This document shows positions 9,289-19,341 of a stretch of DNA of 64,000 bases, piece by piece. The stretch spans positions 192,001 to 256,000 of the forward strand of contig CAVSLV010000002.1 of assembly GCA_963728915.1 (NCBI GenBank). The letters are read 5' to 3'. Below the pieces are notes generated by a model. That model was not told where the DNA came from, made no database searches, and worked only from the letters and a program-made list of their open reading frames with translations. Source of the stretch: an uncultured Gemmatimonadales bacterium. Its GTDB lineage: Bacteria > Gemmatimonadota > Gemmatimonadetes > Gemmatimonadales > GWC2-71-9. Both the position numbers and the translations under genes were made by a program. The number at the start of each line of letters is the position of its first letter. The stretch's first letter is position 1.

Positions 9289-10748
9289 CGAGAAAACTTC
9301 ACCGCGCATCAGTCCACTGCCTTCTGCTCAGCGGCGTCCTTGGAACCGGGGCGGCTTCTCCCGCTCTCCCGCAGGCGAGCGGGTCGGCCTCGGCGGTCCC
9401 TTTCCTCCTCACCCGCCTCGAGCTCGACCTCGGTGTGCATTACGCCACGCGCACCATCGGCGGCACGGCATCACTCACCTTGCGAAACACATCGAAGCAG
9501 CCGATCGGCAGCGTATCGCTCCTCCTCGGCCGGCTCCTGACTGTGCAGCGGGTGCGAACCCGGGCCGGCGCCACCGTTCCCATGAGCCAGCGCTTTGCAC
9601 TCTTCATCGACGACTCGGCGCGTCAGGTGAACGCGATCACAGTGCGACCGGTGCGATCGGTAGCGCCCGGTGATTCGATCACGCTGGTTCTCGACTACGG
9701 CGGTACCCTGGTCGGATACACGGAAACCGGTTCTCTCTACATCCGGGACCAGGTGGACTCCGCGTTCACGATCATTCGCGAGGATGCCTACGCCTTCCCG
9801 ACCCCGGGCGTGCTCGACTCGAGGGCCAACCACGACGCCCCGCGCGCGCCGTTCGCATTCGTGGCGCACGTAACCGTGCCGTCCGGACAGGTGGTCGCGA
9901 TGGGAGGTGTGGCGGGGACACCGTCGCGCCGGGATTCGCTCGTCACGTGGAGCGCGCAGAGCGACGGGCCGGTGCCGTTCCTCAACATCACCATCGCCCC
10001 ATACCAGATCCTGGAAACAGCGGAGGCTCGGATCTTCTACTTCCCGGCCGACTCCGACGGGGCGCGAATGGTCGAGCGCGCGATTTCCGGCGCAATGGCG
10101 AAGTACGCCGAGTGGTTCGGTTCGCTGATGCACGACGCGAGGCTCACCGTCATGGAGATTCCCGATGGCTTCGGCTCGCAGGCCAGCCTGACGGCGGGCA
10201 TCATGCAGACCGCCGCCGCGTTCCACGAGAAGACTCAGCTCCGGCAGCTCTACCACGAGCTTTCGCATCTCTGGAATGTGGACGACACCGACCATCCCTC
10301 GCCGCGCTGGAACGAGGGACTCGCCTCGTTCCTCGAATACCGGATGGCCGCCGAGCTGGACGGCTGGAACGACTGGACCGGAATCATCGACCGCTGGACC
10401 CGGTACGCGGAGCAATCCTGCGCGGCCCCGGCGCGCTGCGACTCAGTTCCAATGGCAGGCTATGGTGCCGCGGGGATGACCGACCAGTCGTACACGACAG
10501 GAATGCTCATGTTCTACACGCTCTACCAGGTGCAGGGCGCCGGGCCGTTCGACCGGGCCTATCGAGATTTCTTCCAGGCGCACCAGGCGCACGGGGGCTC
10601 GACGAAGGAGATGGCGGACGCCTTCCGCGCACAGGGGACCGCGAGCGAGGGCATCCTCAACGACTGGCTCTGGACCGCGCGCTGGTATGCGCGACTCCAT
10701 GCGGGGGAACGCATCCCACAGATGATCGACGCCTATCGCGCACACTAA
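9285..10748 (+). CDS. Secreted M1-like (gluzincin) metallopeptidase
   Basis: Signal peptide; HELSHLW...WNEGLASF zinc motif; ATGA overlap with the upstream gene. Confidence 0.75.
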   Translation: MTRKLHRASVHCLLLSGVLGTGAASPALPQASGSASAVPFLLTRLELDLGVHYATRTIGGTASLTLRNTSKQPIGSVSLLLGRLLTVQRVRTRAGATVPMSQRFALFIDDSARQVNAITVRPVRSVAPGDSITLVLDYGGTLVGYTETGSLYIRDQVDSAFTIIREDAYAFPTPGVLDSRANHDAPRAPFAFVAHVTVPSGQVVAMGGVAGTPSRRDSLVTWSAQSDGPVPFLNITIAPYQILETAEARIFYFPADSDGARMVERAISGAMAKYAEWFGSLMHDARLTVMEIPDGFGSQASLTAGIMQTAAAFHEKTQLRQLYHELSHLWNVDDTDHPSPRWNEGLASFLEYRMAAELDGWNDWTGIIDRWTRYAEQSCAAPARCDSVPMAGYGAAGMTDQSYTTGMLMFYTLYQVQGAGPFDRAYRDFFQAHQAHGGSTKEMADAFRAQGTASEGILNDWLWTARWYARLHAGERIPQMIDAYRAH

Positions 10749-12277
10749 CCCAGCTCCCCCGCAAGGTGATCCGCCAGGCGAAGGGCCAGCGCCACGATGG
10801 TCAAGGTGGGCGGCGCTGTCCCCCCGGTCGGGAAGACCGAGCTGCCGGCGATAAACAGATTCTCCACCCCATGCACGCGACAGTCGGCGTCGACCACTCC
10901 ACGCTGCGGATCAGGATCCATTCGGGTCGTCCCCATGTGATGCCAGAAGAAGCCGACCCGACCGACCCGCAGCATGAGCCGCGCCGCACGGGCCACGCTG
11001 GGTCCGTCCAGCCCAAGTGCGTCGGCCGCCATCCGCAGCGCGTCGTCGCGTCGGCGGCCCTGATCGGTCAGCCGGAAATCCAGGTGCGCCCATCGCCGGC
11101 CGAGTGCGTCGCGCTGCGGCGACAACCGCACCCGATTCTCCGGATCAGGGATCTGCTCCAGGCTGATCCGGAGACCGGATCGCTCACGCTCCGCCTGGTA
11201 GCGTGCCGTCGTTGCCAGTCTCCCCCAGGCGTCGCGAATGATGGCACCGGCGTCCCTGCCAAGATCCATGAGCTCAGGGATCGGTTTCCTCAACAGAGCC
11301 TCGGCACGGGCCCTGGCGAAGTCCCGCAGTGGAATCGGGTTGCACGACCACAGGTTCATTCCGGCGACCTGCCGATGCTGCATCAACTCGGGGGAGAGCG
11401 CCATCTGTTCCCAAACCCGCCCGCCTGATGGAGCGCGCTGTCTGGGGAGCAATTGTCCGGAAGCCCGGGTCCGGCCCAGCGGGACGTCAACGTAGGGATG
11501 CTCCATGAAGAAGCGCCCCACCAGGTCATGGTCATTGGCCAGGCCGTTGGGGTTGACCTCGTCGGAAGCCAGCAGCAGGCGGGGATTCTCGACGCCGCCG
11601 GCAGCGAGCACGAACATCCGTGCCACCACCTGGAATCTGCGTCCGTCCACCGATGCTGCTTCCACCGCGGTGACCCGATCCCCCTGGCCCGTGGTTCGCA
11701 GCCGAAGCACCTGGGAATGGAGACACACCTGGACACCGTCGGCGTGTTCGAGGGATTTCCGATAGAGATCGTCGAAACTCAGGATGGGGCAGGTCTGCAC
11801 CACCTTCGGACAGACGGTTTCGGGAGCGACCCTGAGCGGCGGTTGCCGAACAGCTTGCCAGGCGTCGGGGTCGAAGCCGGAGAGATCGCCAAGACCGCAC
11901 AGCGCCAGGGCACGTTCATAGAACGGCACCAGGTGACTGCGCGGGAATGGCCAGCCGCTGTATGGAATCCACGAACGCGGCAGGAAGTCGTTTTCATCGA
12001 GGGGACGGCAGTTCCCGACCCAGTTGTTCGTGTTGCCGCCAAAGCGCCAGCGCAGAGGCGGGTGGATCGTCAGGGCCGGTGTCGAAGGATAGGCCACCTT
12101 ATATATGCCGCGGTTCCTGGCGTCGTCGGCAAGGCCTCCGCCTTCCAGAAGGACGATCCGGGCCCCGCTGCCGGCAAGCTGCAGTGCAATCGAGATCCCC
12201 GCAGCCCCTGCGCCGATGATGCAGATGTCGCCGCGCAGCTCGCCACGCTCGGGAACGTCGTCGGGAAGGGTGAACAT
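10745..12277 (-). CDS. GMC family FAD oxidoreductase
   Basis: DICIIGAGAAG, LAAGGVENPRLLL, GRFFMEHP, HHMGTTRM, GSSVFPTGG. Confidence 0.9.
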   Translation of the reverse strand: MFTLPDDVPERGELRGDICIIGAGAAGISIALQLAGSGARIVLLEGGGLADDARNRGIYKVAYPSTPALTIHPPLRWRFGGNTNNWVGNCRPLDENDFLPRSWIPYSGWPFPRSHLVPFYERALALCGLGDLSGFDPDAWQAVRQPPLRVAPETVCPKVVQTCPILSFDDLYRKSLEHADGVQVCLHSQVLRLRTTGQGDRVTAVEAASVDGRRFQVVARMFVLAAGGVENPRLLLASDEVNPNGLANDHDLVGRFFMEHPYVDVPLGRTRASGQLLPRQRAPSGGRVWEQMALSPELMQHRQVAGMNLWSCNPIPLRDFARARAEALLRKPIPELMDLGRDAGAIIRDAWGRLATTARYQAERERSGLRISLEQIPDPENRVRLSPQRDALGRRWAHLDFRLTDQGRRRDDALRMAADALGLDGPSVARAARLMLRVGRVGFFWHHMGTTRMDPDPQRGVVDADCRVHGVENLFIAGSSVFPTGGTAPPTLTIVALALRLADHLAGELG

Positions 12278-12300
12278 CGTCGCTATGCCATCAGGTCGAC

Positions 12301-12993
12301 CTATGGAGTGAAGGTCGTGACTCCTCGGCCGGTAATGTTGCCGTCGAAGATCATTTCCAGGGTTACCTGGTATTCGGTGCCGGCCTGAAGAGCCCGGGTG
12401 GGTCCCTCGAGCATCATCCCAGGCGGCAGGTCGCCGTAGAGCACCCCAGGGCCGAGAAGACTGTCCCCTGCGGAAAGCGACCAGAACACCTGACCGGCGA
12501 GAGAGAGGCCCCGGTGGGTCCGCACCACCACGTGATTCATTCCACACCCCGGGCTCCAGTCGATGCGCGGAAGGTTCCCCGCGCTAACCCGCACGACGAC
12601 GGTCGTCTGGCACCCAACGGCCATCGCTGGGGCCGGGCAGCTCGCGGACTCGGCGGGCGAACTCGCCCCGCCCTGAGGACAGGGATCGGGTGCCGCGGGA
12701 CTCGAGCAGCAGAGCGGGACCAGGCCCCAAAGCAGGAGCAGGAGGCCGCCTGTCCGTCCGCCGATCAACGCATCCAGCAGGAGCGCAAAGGTCGTCCGCT
12801 GGACATCCTCCGGGGAAGCCCGGAGCCGGAACTCCTCGAGGGAAGAGAGCCAGCAGTTCTCGCACCGATAGGAAGTCACCACCTTGCCGAGCGCAGAATT
12901 CCAGGAAGGAATGACGTGCGCATCGGTCCCTGCGCACGGCGTGTGGCAGGCGGAACAGAGCAGGTTGAAGGAAACAGGATGGTCGTCGCTCAT
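12301..12993 (-). CDS. Hypothetical protein: Cys-rich Zn-finger-like N-terminus joined to a lipoprotein-like domain
   Basis: CSACHTPC...CENC, then GLLLLLWGLVPLCC and a beta-rich C-terminus (IDWSPGCG...YGDLPPG...TTFTP). Confidence 0.5.
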   Translation of the reverse strand: MSDDHPVSFNLLCSACHTPCAGTDAHVIPSWNSALGKVVTSYRCENCWLSSLEEFRLRASPEDVQRTTFALLLDALIGGRTGGLLLLLWGLVPLCCSSPAAPDPCPQGGASSPAESASCPAPAMAVGCQTTVVVRVSAGNLPRIDWSPGCGMNHVVVRTHRGLSLAGQVFWSLSAGDSLLGPGVLYGDLPPGMMLEGPTRALQAGTEYQVTLEMIFDGNITGRGVTTFTP

Positions 12994-13092
12994 GATCGCG
13001 CCCGACTTACGATAGAGCCCGCGAGAACAAAGCGCCATTCGGTATCTTGGGAGAAGCGCCGAGCCTTCGTCGGCAGCGGAAAGGACAGGCTC

Positions 13093-13734
13093 ATGCACAC
13101 CGATGACCCGTTCGGTGGTCGCCCCCCCACCAGTCACGAGAGGATGACCGGGAGACCCTGGGATGCGTCGTACCGGGACGGCCCCGCCCCCTGGGATATC
13201 GGCGGTCCCCAACCGGCCCTCGTTCGCCTGGCAGCAAAAGGAGTATTCGCAGGACCGGTCCTCGATCCGGGCTCCGGAACCGGCGAGAATGCCCTGCACC
13301 TGGCCTCGCTGGGACTCTCGGTGCTGGGTGTCGACGTGGCCGAAACGGCCCTCGCGATGGCCCGGGACAAGGCCGCCCGCCGAGGCGCTGAGGTTGAATT
13401 CGCCCTGGCGGACGCGCTCCACCTGGAACGCCTCGGGCGCACCTTTCGAACCGTGCTGGACTGCGGGCTGTTCCACACCTTCCAGGGTGACGAACGAGTC
13501 CAATACGTGGCGAGCCTCGCCGCAGTCACCGAGCACGGCGGAACGCTCTACCTGCTGTGTTTCAGCGACCAGGGCACCGATGCCGGCCCGCACCCCGTCA
13601 GCCGGGAAGAGCTGCGAGCGGCCTTCCACCTCGGGTCCGGATGGGAGATCTCCACCATCCAGCCGGAGCGGCTCGAGACCAGGTTCCACGAGAACGGTGC
13701 CCCAGCCTGGTTGGCGACCATCCAGCGGACCTGA
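13093..13734 (+). CDS. Class I SAM-dependent methyltransferase
   Basis: PWDIGGPQP, VLDPGSGTGENAL, VLDCGLFHTF. Confidence 0.9.
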   Translation: MHTDDPFGGRPPTSHERMTGRPWDASYRDGPAPWDIGGPQPALVRLAAKGVFAGPVLDPGSGTGENALHLASLGLSVLGVDVAETALAMARDKAARRGAEVEFALADALHLERLGRTFRTVLDCGLFHTFQGDERVQYVASLAAVTEHGGTLYLLCFSDQGTDAGPHPVSREELRAAFHLGSGWEISTIQPERLETRFHENGAPAWLATIQRT

Positions 13735-13763
13735 CTCACAAAACCGCCCGTTGGCGTGTCAGT

Positions 13764-14372
13764 ATGGAAAGACTGGGCCGTGCCGCCGGCCCCGCTTCCC
13801 GAGCAGGAGTGCGACCGACGGCACCAGCCGACAACCTCTCCGACGCCGCTCTTCTGGCCGCCGCGCGTGATGGTGACGACCTCGCGTTCGGGACCCTGGT
13901 GTCCCGGCACGCGCGCGCGGCGTACCTCGTGGCGCTGGCCGTCGTCGATGATCCCGACCTCGCTGAGGACGTGTGTCAGGAGACCCTGTTCCGGCTCTGG
14001 CGCAGGCTCGAGGACTGCCGGGAATCCGACCGCTTTGCCGCCTGGCTGGCGCGAAGCGTCCGGCGCCAGGCATTGAATGCGCTGCGGGGCCGGCGCCGCG
14101 CCGAGCCGATCGAGGATCTCGAGGTGGCCACGCCCGGCCCGTCACCCGACCTGGCGGCCGAACAAGGAGAGCGACGGGAACACCTCGAGGCGGCGTTGCG
14201 CCACCTCTCGCCCGAGCAGCGACAGGCGGTGACGTTGTTCGACCTCGAGGGCTGGCCCCACGCGCGGATCGCCGAAACGCTGGAAACCACCGTGTCGATG
14301 AGCCGGCAACACCTCATGCTGGGGCGACGACGCCTCCGGGCGCTGCTTGGGAGAAAGGAAGATCAGCCATGA
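13764..14372 (+). CDS. ECF RNA polymerase sigma factor
   Basis: AFGTLVSRH, AEDVCQE, FAAWL (region 2); LSPEQRQAVTLFDLEGWPHARIAETL (region 4). Start uncertain. Confidence 0.9.
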   Translation: MERLGRAAGPASRAGVRPTAPADNLSDAALLAAARDGDDLAFGTLVSRHARAAYLVALAVVDDPDLAEDVCQETLFRLWRRLEDCRESDRFAAWLARSVRRQALNALRGRRRAEPIEDLEVATPGPSPDLAAEQGERREHLEAALRHLSPEQRQAVTLFDLEGWPHARIAETLETTVSMSRQHLMLGRRRLRALLGRKEDQP

Positions 14373-14713
14373 CCGATTTCGATGAGACGCCGGTCGACCT
14401 GGAGGTCCTTCGAGCCGAGCTGGACCGCCGCGCCGGGCGGGTGGCGGCGCGGGTGGCGATGCGGGTCGCCGCGACCGGATCGCCGGCCGGGAGCGCGGTG
14501 CGCGCCCGCCTGGCCCGGCTCGCGATTCCGGCATTGGCCGCCGCCGCGGCGGGGATCGTGCTTCTGCTGGAAGCGAGGCCGAGGACCGGGCCGATCGAGC
14601 CGTTCGCGGCCCTGGTGGTGCGTCCCGGTCCCGCCCGCGGGTGGATCGCCGCGAGCCGGGCCCCGGACCTCGAAGAAATCACCGTCATGCTCGAGACAGG
14701 GAGCCCCCGATGA
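14369..14713 (+). CDS. Putative single-TM anti-sigma factor
   Basis: ATGA-coupled to the sigma gene; one TM segment (LAIPALAAAAAGIVLLL). Confidence 0.55.
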   Translation: MTDFDETPVDLEVLRAELDRRAGRVAARVAMRVAATGSPAGSAVRARLARLAIPALAAAAAGIVLLLEARPRTGPIEPFAALVVRPGPARGWIAASRAPDLEEITVMLETGSPR

Positions 14714-15120
14714 CCGGCCCGGCCCGCGCGAACCTGTTCGCCGCCCTCGCCCTGCTCGCCGCCGCCGCGCTGGGCGGCGCCGCGGGTTATGCCATCGGGC
14801 GGCGGCCCGGCCCGATGAAGGCGAAGCAGGTGGCGCTGCTCGGCGTCACCCGGGAGACTCTGTTCGATTCGCTCGGCCTCGGTCCGGAGCAGCGCGCCCA
14901 CATCGACAGCACCCTCGATGCCGCGGAACAGCAGGCCGACCGGTCGATCAAGAACATGATGGAGATGGTCCTGGGACTGACCCAGGCCGCGAAAGCCGAC
15001 GTCCGCGGCGTGCTGACCGAGCCGCAACGGGTCCGCTTCGACTCGCTGCTGTCGCGGGCTGCCCCCCTGCTGCCACGCTCGCCGCTGCCACCCGCCCGGG
15101 GAACCAGGAGGAGCCCGTGA
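14710..15120 (+). CDS. Spy/CpxP-like (LTxxQ) periplasmic protein
   Basis: N-terminal TM; LGLGPEQRAHI and VLTEPQRVRF motifs. Confidence 0.6.
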   Translation: MTGPARANLFAALALLAAAALGGAAGYAIGRRPGPMKAKQVALLGVTRETLFDSLGLGPEQRAHIDSTLDAAEQQADRSIKNMMEMVLGLTQAAKADVRGVLTEPQRVRFDSLLSRAAPLLPRSPLPPARGTRRSP

Positions 15121-16538
15121 AAACCGCGTTGATGCTGGGAGGGCTCGCGCTCGCCGCGGCGCCGGCGTGCGCCCAGAACGAAACCGGTGCCCCGCTCGAT
15201 CGGGGGCGAACCTATGCCGTCGAGAGCCGCGTGCTCGGGGAGTCGCGCACCGTGGATGTCTCGCTGCCCAAAGGCTACGAGCGAAATGCCGGACGGCGGT
15301 ATCCGGTGCTGTACGTGCTGGACGGTGACTACGAGCAGGAGATCGCGGCGGCCGTCGCCGGGTTCCACGGGGAGGCCGGCACCGTGCCACCGATGATCGT
15401 CGTGGGGGTGCGGACGCCGAACCGGACCCACGACCTCACGACGGTCGCAGAACCGGGATTCGACCTCCCGCCGGAGGCCCGCGATGCCGGAGGCGCCGGC
15501 AAGTTCCTGGCGTTCCTCGCCGGGGAGCTGGTGCCCTGGGTAAACCACGCCTTCCGCACCGACTCGATGCGGGTGCTGGTGGGACACTCCCTCGGCGGGT
15601 TGTTCGCGGCCTACGCCATCGCCCAGCGACCGACGCTGTTCACCGGCTGGGTGCTGATGGAGCCTTCGTTATGGTGGAACCGAGGCGCGGAACGAAGCGC
15701 GATGCTCGCGGCGCTCCGTGCTCCCGCGGACCGGCATGCCCGGGTGATGGCGGTCAATATGGAGCCGCTCGCCCTCGACACCAGCCGCTGGGGCGACGAC
15801 AAGCCGATGGTCCGGGAGCTCGCCGTCACCGGTGAAACCCATTCGAGCATGGCGGCGATCGGCCTCGCGATGTCGTTGCGCACCATGTTCGCCGACTTCC
15901 TGCCGGGAGAATGGCGGCCCGGCACCCGCCCCATCGCGATGCTCGAACACTACGATTCGCTCGCCGATCGGCTGGGCTTCGCAGTGCCGATTCCGGAAGC
16001 GGCCTTCACCACGGTGGCGCGCATGTCGATCGACTCCCCCTACTACGACGACGCGGCGCGGGTCATCGACCGGATGGAAGCCACGCTTGGCGCGTCTCCT
16101 TCGAGCCGGGCCATGCGGGACAAGCTGGCCAGCGACCGCACCCACGAACGACCGGGGTTCGTGCCCCTGGTCTTCCCTTCCCATCGTCCGTCACCGCGCG
16201 AGGCGGAGAGGTTCCTGGGCCGCTGGGTGGCCGTGACTGACTCAACCCGCGTGCTCGACGTGCGGGCTTCGGGCGACACCATCGTGCTGCACGACCGCGA
16301 GGCCCTGCCGAGCGGCATGCCATGGGAAGGCGACCGGCCCGTGGTGCAGGTGACCACCGACGGAAGCCTGGAGTGGGGCCTGCCGGTGTTCCGCGGCCTT
16401 GCCGCGCTGCTGGTGCAACGGGGACGCATTCAACCGAACGGGACCCTGCTGGTGACGCCGGAGGTGCGCGGCTGGGTGCCGGTCGGCCCCGGTCCGGACC
16501 TGGAGCGAACGGTGACGTTCCGCCGCGTCCCATCGTGA
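15117..16538 (+). CDS. Secreted alpha/beta hydrolase (IroE-like esterase) with C-terminal extension
   Basis: Signal peptide; YPVLYVLDG, GHSLGGLF, GETH; GTGA overlap. Confidence 0.85.
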   Translation: MKTALMLGGLALAAAPACAQNETGAPLDRGRTYAVESRVLGESRTVDVSLPKGYERNAGRRYPVLYVLDGDYEQEIAAAVAGFHGEAGTVPPMIVVGVRTPNRTHDLTTVAEPGFDLPPEARDAGGAGKFLAFLAGELVPWVNHAFRTDSMRVLVGHSLGGLFAAYAIAQRPTLFTGWVLMEPSLWWNRGAERSAMLAALRAPADRHARVMAVNMEPLALDTSRWGDDKPMVRELAVTGETHSSMAAIGLAMSLRTMFADFLPGEWRPGTRPIAMLEHYDSLADRLGFAVPIPEAAFTTVARMSIDSPYYDDAARVIDRMEATLGASPSSRAMRDKLASDRTHERPGFVPLVFPSHRPSPREAERFLGRWVAVTDSTRVLDVRASGDTIVLHDREALPSGMPWEGDRPVVQVTTDGSLEWGLPVFRGLAALLVQRGRIQPNGTLLVTPEVRGWVPVGPGPDLERTVTFRRVPS

Positions 16539-16631
16539 CCACGGGGGGCGGCTGACACAGGTACATTTCCGTGGATGATGGTATGCCGCGGATCAACAGG
16601 AAAGTCAGGCTCTCCCCAGCTGCTCCGCCGC

Positions 16632-16805
16632 CTGCTGCGCGCCAGGGGAGTGGAATTCACCCAGGAGCCGATGGACCGCTATGGCACCGTGGATGCCGGA
16701 TTCCGCGATCCATCCGGGAATGGTTGGAAGATGATCGACGCACGCCACCCACCCCGTCCGGTTCGGGTGGCTCAGGACGTCACCAGGACGAGGAGAGCTC
16801 GATGA
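16632..16805 (+). pseudogene. C-terminal remnant of a VOC/glyoxalase protein
   Basis: [34 protein letters not shown] with no N-terminal half. Confidence 0.75.
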
Positions 16806-17254
16806 GTCCGAAGAAGACGACGCAGAAGCCCGCGAAGAAGACCAAAGGATTCAGCCCGGAAGAACGGGCCGCGATGAAGGAGTATGTTCAGGAGCTCAAG
16901 GGAGGCGAAAACGGAGAAGAGCAGCTGCTCGCGAAAATCGCCGCCATGGTGGAGCCGGACCGCTCCATGGCCAAGCGAGTGCACGCCATCATCACGTCCA
17001 GTGTGCCGACCCTCATGCCGAAAACCTGGTACGGCATGCCGGCCTATGCCAGGCCGGACGGCAAGACGGTCTGCTTCTTCCAAAGCGGGCAGAAGTTCAA
17101 GTCCCGATATGCGACCCTCGGCTTCAGCGATTCCGCGAAACTGGACCAGGGCAACATGTGGCCCACTTCCTATGCGCTGAAGGAGCTGACCGCCACCGAG
17201 GAAACGAAGATCAGGGCGCTGGTGAAGCAGGCCGTGGGAGCGGATTCATCCTGA
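16802..17254 (+). CDS. DUF1801 (YdhG-like) protein
   Basis: [40 protein letters not shown]. Confidence 0.88.
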   Translation: MSPKKTTQKPAKKTKGFSPEERAAMKEYVQELKGGENGEEQLLAKIAAMVEPDRSMAKRVHAIITSSVPTLMPKTWYGMPAYARPDGKTVCFFQSGQKFKSRYATLGFSDSAKLDQGNMWPTSYALKELTATEETKIRALVKQAVGADSS

Positions 17255-17607
17255 TCCGGGCCGGAGCTGCGATCGGAATCGCCCTGCTCCTCGCCGGTTG
17301 CCATGAGGAATGTCTGCTGCCCCCGTGCGCCGTGCCGGTCGCGATCGAAGTGAGCGTGAGCTCGTCCCTCTCAGGGGGGCCGGTTGACGGTGCCTCGCTG
17401 GCCGTGTCGGGTGGGCTCACGTCGAGCCTCGACTGCGCATCGAGCTGCGTGGTGCCGGGCCTGCCCGGCACCTACCAGCTGACCCTGTCGGCGCCCGGAT
17501 TCCAGACGATTCAGCAGTCCGTGGAGGTGCACGGATCGACCCCGCAATGCGGTTGCCCGATGGTCGAGACGGAGCGGGTTAGCCTGGTGCTCCACCCCAC
17601 CTCTTGA
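17251..17607 (+). CDS. Small Cys-rich lipoprotein with carboxypeptidase-regulatory/PEGA-like domain
   Basis: [10 protein letters not shown] lipobox; [14 protein letters not shown]. No canonical start near the signal peptide (in-frame CTG at 17251). Confidence 0.55.
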   Translation: MIRAGAAIGIALLLAGCHEECLLPPCAVPVAIEVSVSSSLSGGPVDGASLAVSGGLTSSLDCASSCVVPGLPGTYQLTLSAPGFQTIQQSVEVHGSTPQCGCPMVETERVSLVLHPTS

Positions 17608-17688
17608 GCAACCGGCCGGACCGGTGGCTGGACAACGGACGCTCTTCGACAGAGTTTTGAGTCCCCCATCCAATCTGCGGAGTGTACC

Positions 17689-18276
17689 ATGAAGCGCGCC
17701 CGAGCAGCCCTGGTCCTGGCGATGTTCCTTCCGAGCGGCCTCATGGCACAGCAGGGGGGAGGTCCCCCGGCCAACCCGATCACCGCCGCCTTCCGCGCTC
17801 GCATCAACGGCCTGCACCGCAACATCGCCCAGGCGTTCGATTCGATTCCCGCGTCGAAGTTCTCCTACAAGCCGACCCCGGCGCAGCTCAGCATCGGCTT
17901 CATCGCCCAGCACGTGGCGAGCGACAACTATTTCTTCTGCAACCTGTTCGGGGACATGAAGGCCTCCCTGCCGGCCAGCGATACCGAGACCCCCGACTCG
18001 GTCCGGGCGACCTGGCCCCGGGACACCCTGATCGCCAAACTCAAGGCGTCGTTCACCTTCTGCGAGAGCGCTATGGCCCAGGTCACCGACGCGAATTTGG
18101 CGGACCAGGTCACCATGTCGTTCGGCGGCAATTCACGCCAGGTCCCCAAGGCGAGTATGGTCCTCGGGCACGCGCTCGATCTGGCCGATCACTACAGCCA
18201 GCTCGCGAATTACATGCGGCTCAATGGCATTCTCCCTCCCACCGCCCTGCCGAGACCCAGGCCGGGAGGCGAATGA
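17689..18276 (+). CDS. Secreted DinB family protein
   Basis: Signal peptide; YKPTPAQLSIGFIAQHVA and DHYSQLANYMRLNGILPP. Confidence 0.88.
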   Translation: MKRARAALVLAMFLPSGLMAQQGGGPPANPITAAFRARINGLHRNIAQAFDSIPASKFSYKPTPAQLSIGFIAQHVASDNYFFCNLFGDMKASLPASDTETPDSVRATWPRDTLIAKLKASFTFCESAMAQVTDANLADQVTMSFGGNSRQVPKASMVLGHALDLADHYSQLANYMRLNGILPPTALPRPRPGGE

Positions 18277-18302
18277 CCGGGGCCAGGCCCGGTGACTGGA
18301 CC

Positions 18303-18704
18303 ATGAAGAAGACCGCGAACGCCCGCTTCGCCATCAAGAGCTGGGACGAAAAGCCGTACCGCGAAGCGGAGGGCCTGCCGAAGCTTACCCGGGCGAGCGT
18401 GACCAAGGCCTTGACCGGCGACATCTCGGGTGAGGGCCAGGTCGAATACCTCATGATGTATCGAAGCGATGGCAGCGCGGTATTCGTCGGGCTCGAGCGG
18501 GTGGTGGGAAGCATCGAAGGAAAGGCTGGCAGCTTCGTCCTCCAGCGCACTGGAGTTTTCGAAGGCGGCCAGGCCAGGGAGAGCTATACGGTCATTCCTG
18601 GCTCCGCCACCGGAGATCTGGTCGGCCTGACGGGAGAGGGCAGTACGTCGGTTGGGCACGGCATGGAGCATCCCTTTACGATGGCCTACGAGATCAACCC
18701 GTGA
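18303..18704 (+). CDS. DUF3224 domain protein
   Basis: FAIKSWDE, FVGLERVVGSIEGKAGSFVLQ, PGSATGDLVGLTGEG. Confidence 0.88.
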   Translation: MKKTANARFAIKSWDEKPYREAEGLPKLTRASVTKALTGDISGEGQVEYLMMYRSDGSAVFVGLERVVGSIEGKAGSFVLQRTGVFEGGQARESYTVIPGSATGDLVGLTGEGSTSVGHGMEHPFTMAYEINP

Positions 18705-18928
18705 CCACGCCACGGCTGTTGGCCGTTCTCCTGCTGGCAGCCGCCGGCGGGTGTTCGTCTGGGCAGTCTCACCGGGTGGCGGCGGATTCTCTGACCAGGC
18801 GGCAACGCGACAGTGCGATCGGCGCCTCGAAGCTTCCTGGCGCCGCGGGGGTTCGGGGCGCGTTGCGCGCTAGCGATTCAGCAGCGGCCCGCCGGGCCCG
18901 CGAGGACTCCATCGCCCGCAACCCCTAG
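18701..18928 (+). CDS. Small lipoprotein
   Basis: LLAVLLLAAAGGC signal; GTGA overlap. Confidence 0.7.
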   Translation: MTTPRLLAVLLLAAAGGCSSGQSHRVAADSLTRRQRDSAIGASKLPGAAGVRGALRASDSAAARRAREDSIARNP

Positions 18929-18951
18929 GCGCTATCTCAGCCGATAAATCC

Positions 18952-19341
18952 ATGACGCTCTCTCCCATGCTTTCGGTTCGCCGCGGCGCCGAAGCGGTCG
19001 CCTTCTACCGGGCGGCATTCAACGCCCGCGAGATCTTCAAGATCGAAGCGCCGGACGGCGCCGTCGTGGCCGAGCTCGCCGTCGGCGATGGGAAGTTCTG
19101 GGTCGCCGATGAATCGCCGGCTCACCAGAACTTCAGCCCCGACACCCTGAACGGAAGCACGGCTCGCATGGTGCTGGTGGTGCCGGATCCCGTTTCGGTG
19201 CATGCCCAGGCCATGCGCGCGGGGGCGAAGCAGATCTGGCCGGTGCGGGAGGAGAATGGGTGGTTCATCGGACGAGTGCAGGATCCCTACGGACATCACT
19301 GGGAAATCGGAAAACCGATGGGACCCGGGGTCGGCGAGTAA
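18952..19341 (+). CDS. VOC/glyoxalase (PhnB-like) protein
   Basis: AVAFYRAAFNA, ADESP, GRVQDPYGHHWEI. Confidence 0.9.
   Translation: MTLSPMLSVRRGAEAVAFYRAAFNAREIFKIEAPDGAVVAELAVGDGKFWVADESPAHQNFSPDTLNGSTARMVLVVPDPVSVHAQAMRAGAKQIWPVREENGWFIGRVQDPYGHHWEIGKPMGPGVGE

Noticed and set aside
12940..12960. CSACH as a heme c attachment site
   Set aside because: It precedes any export signal and pairs with a second CxxC, so Zn binding is more likely.
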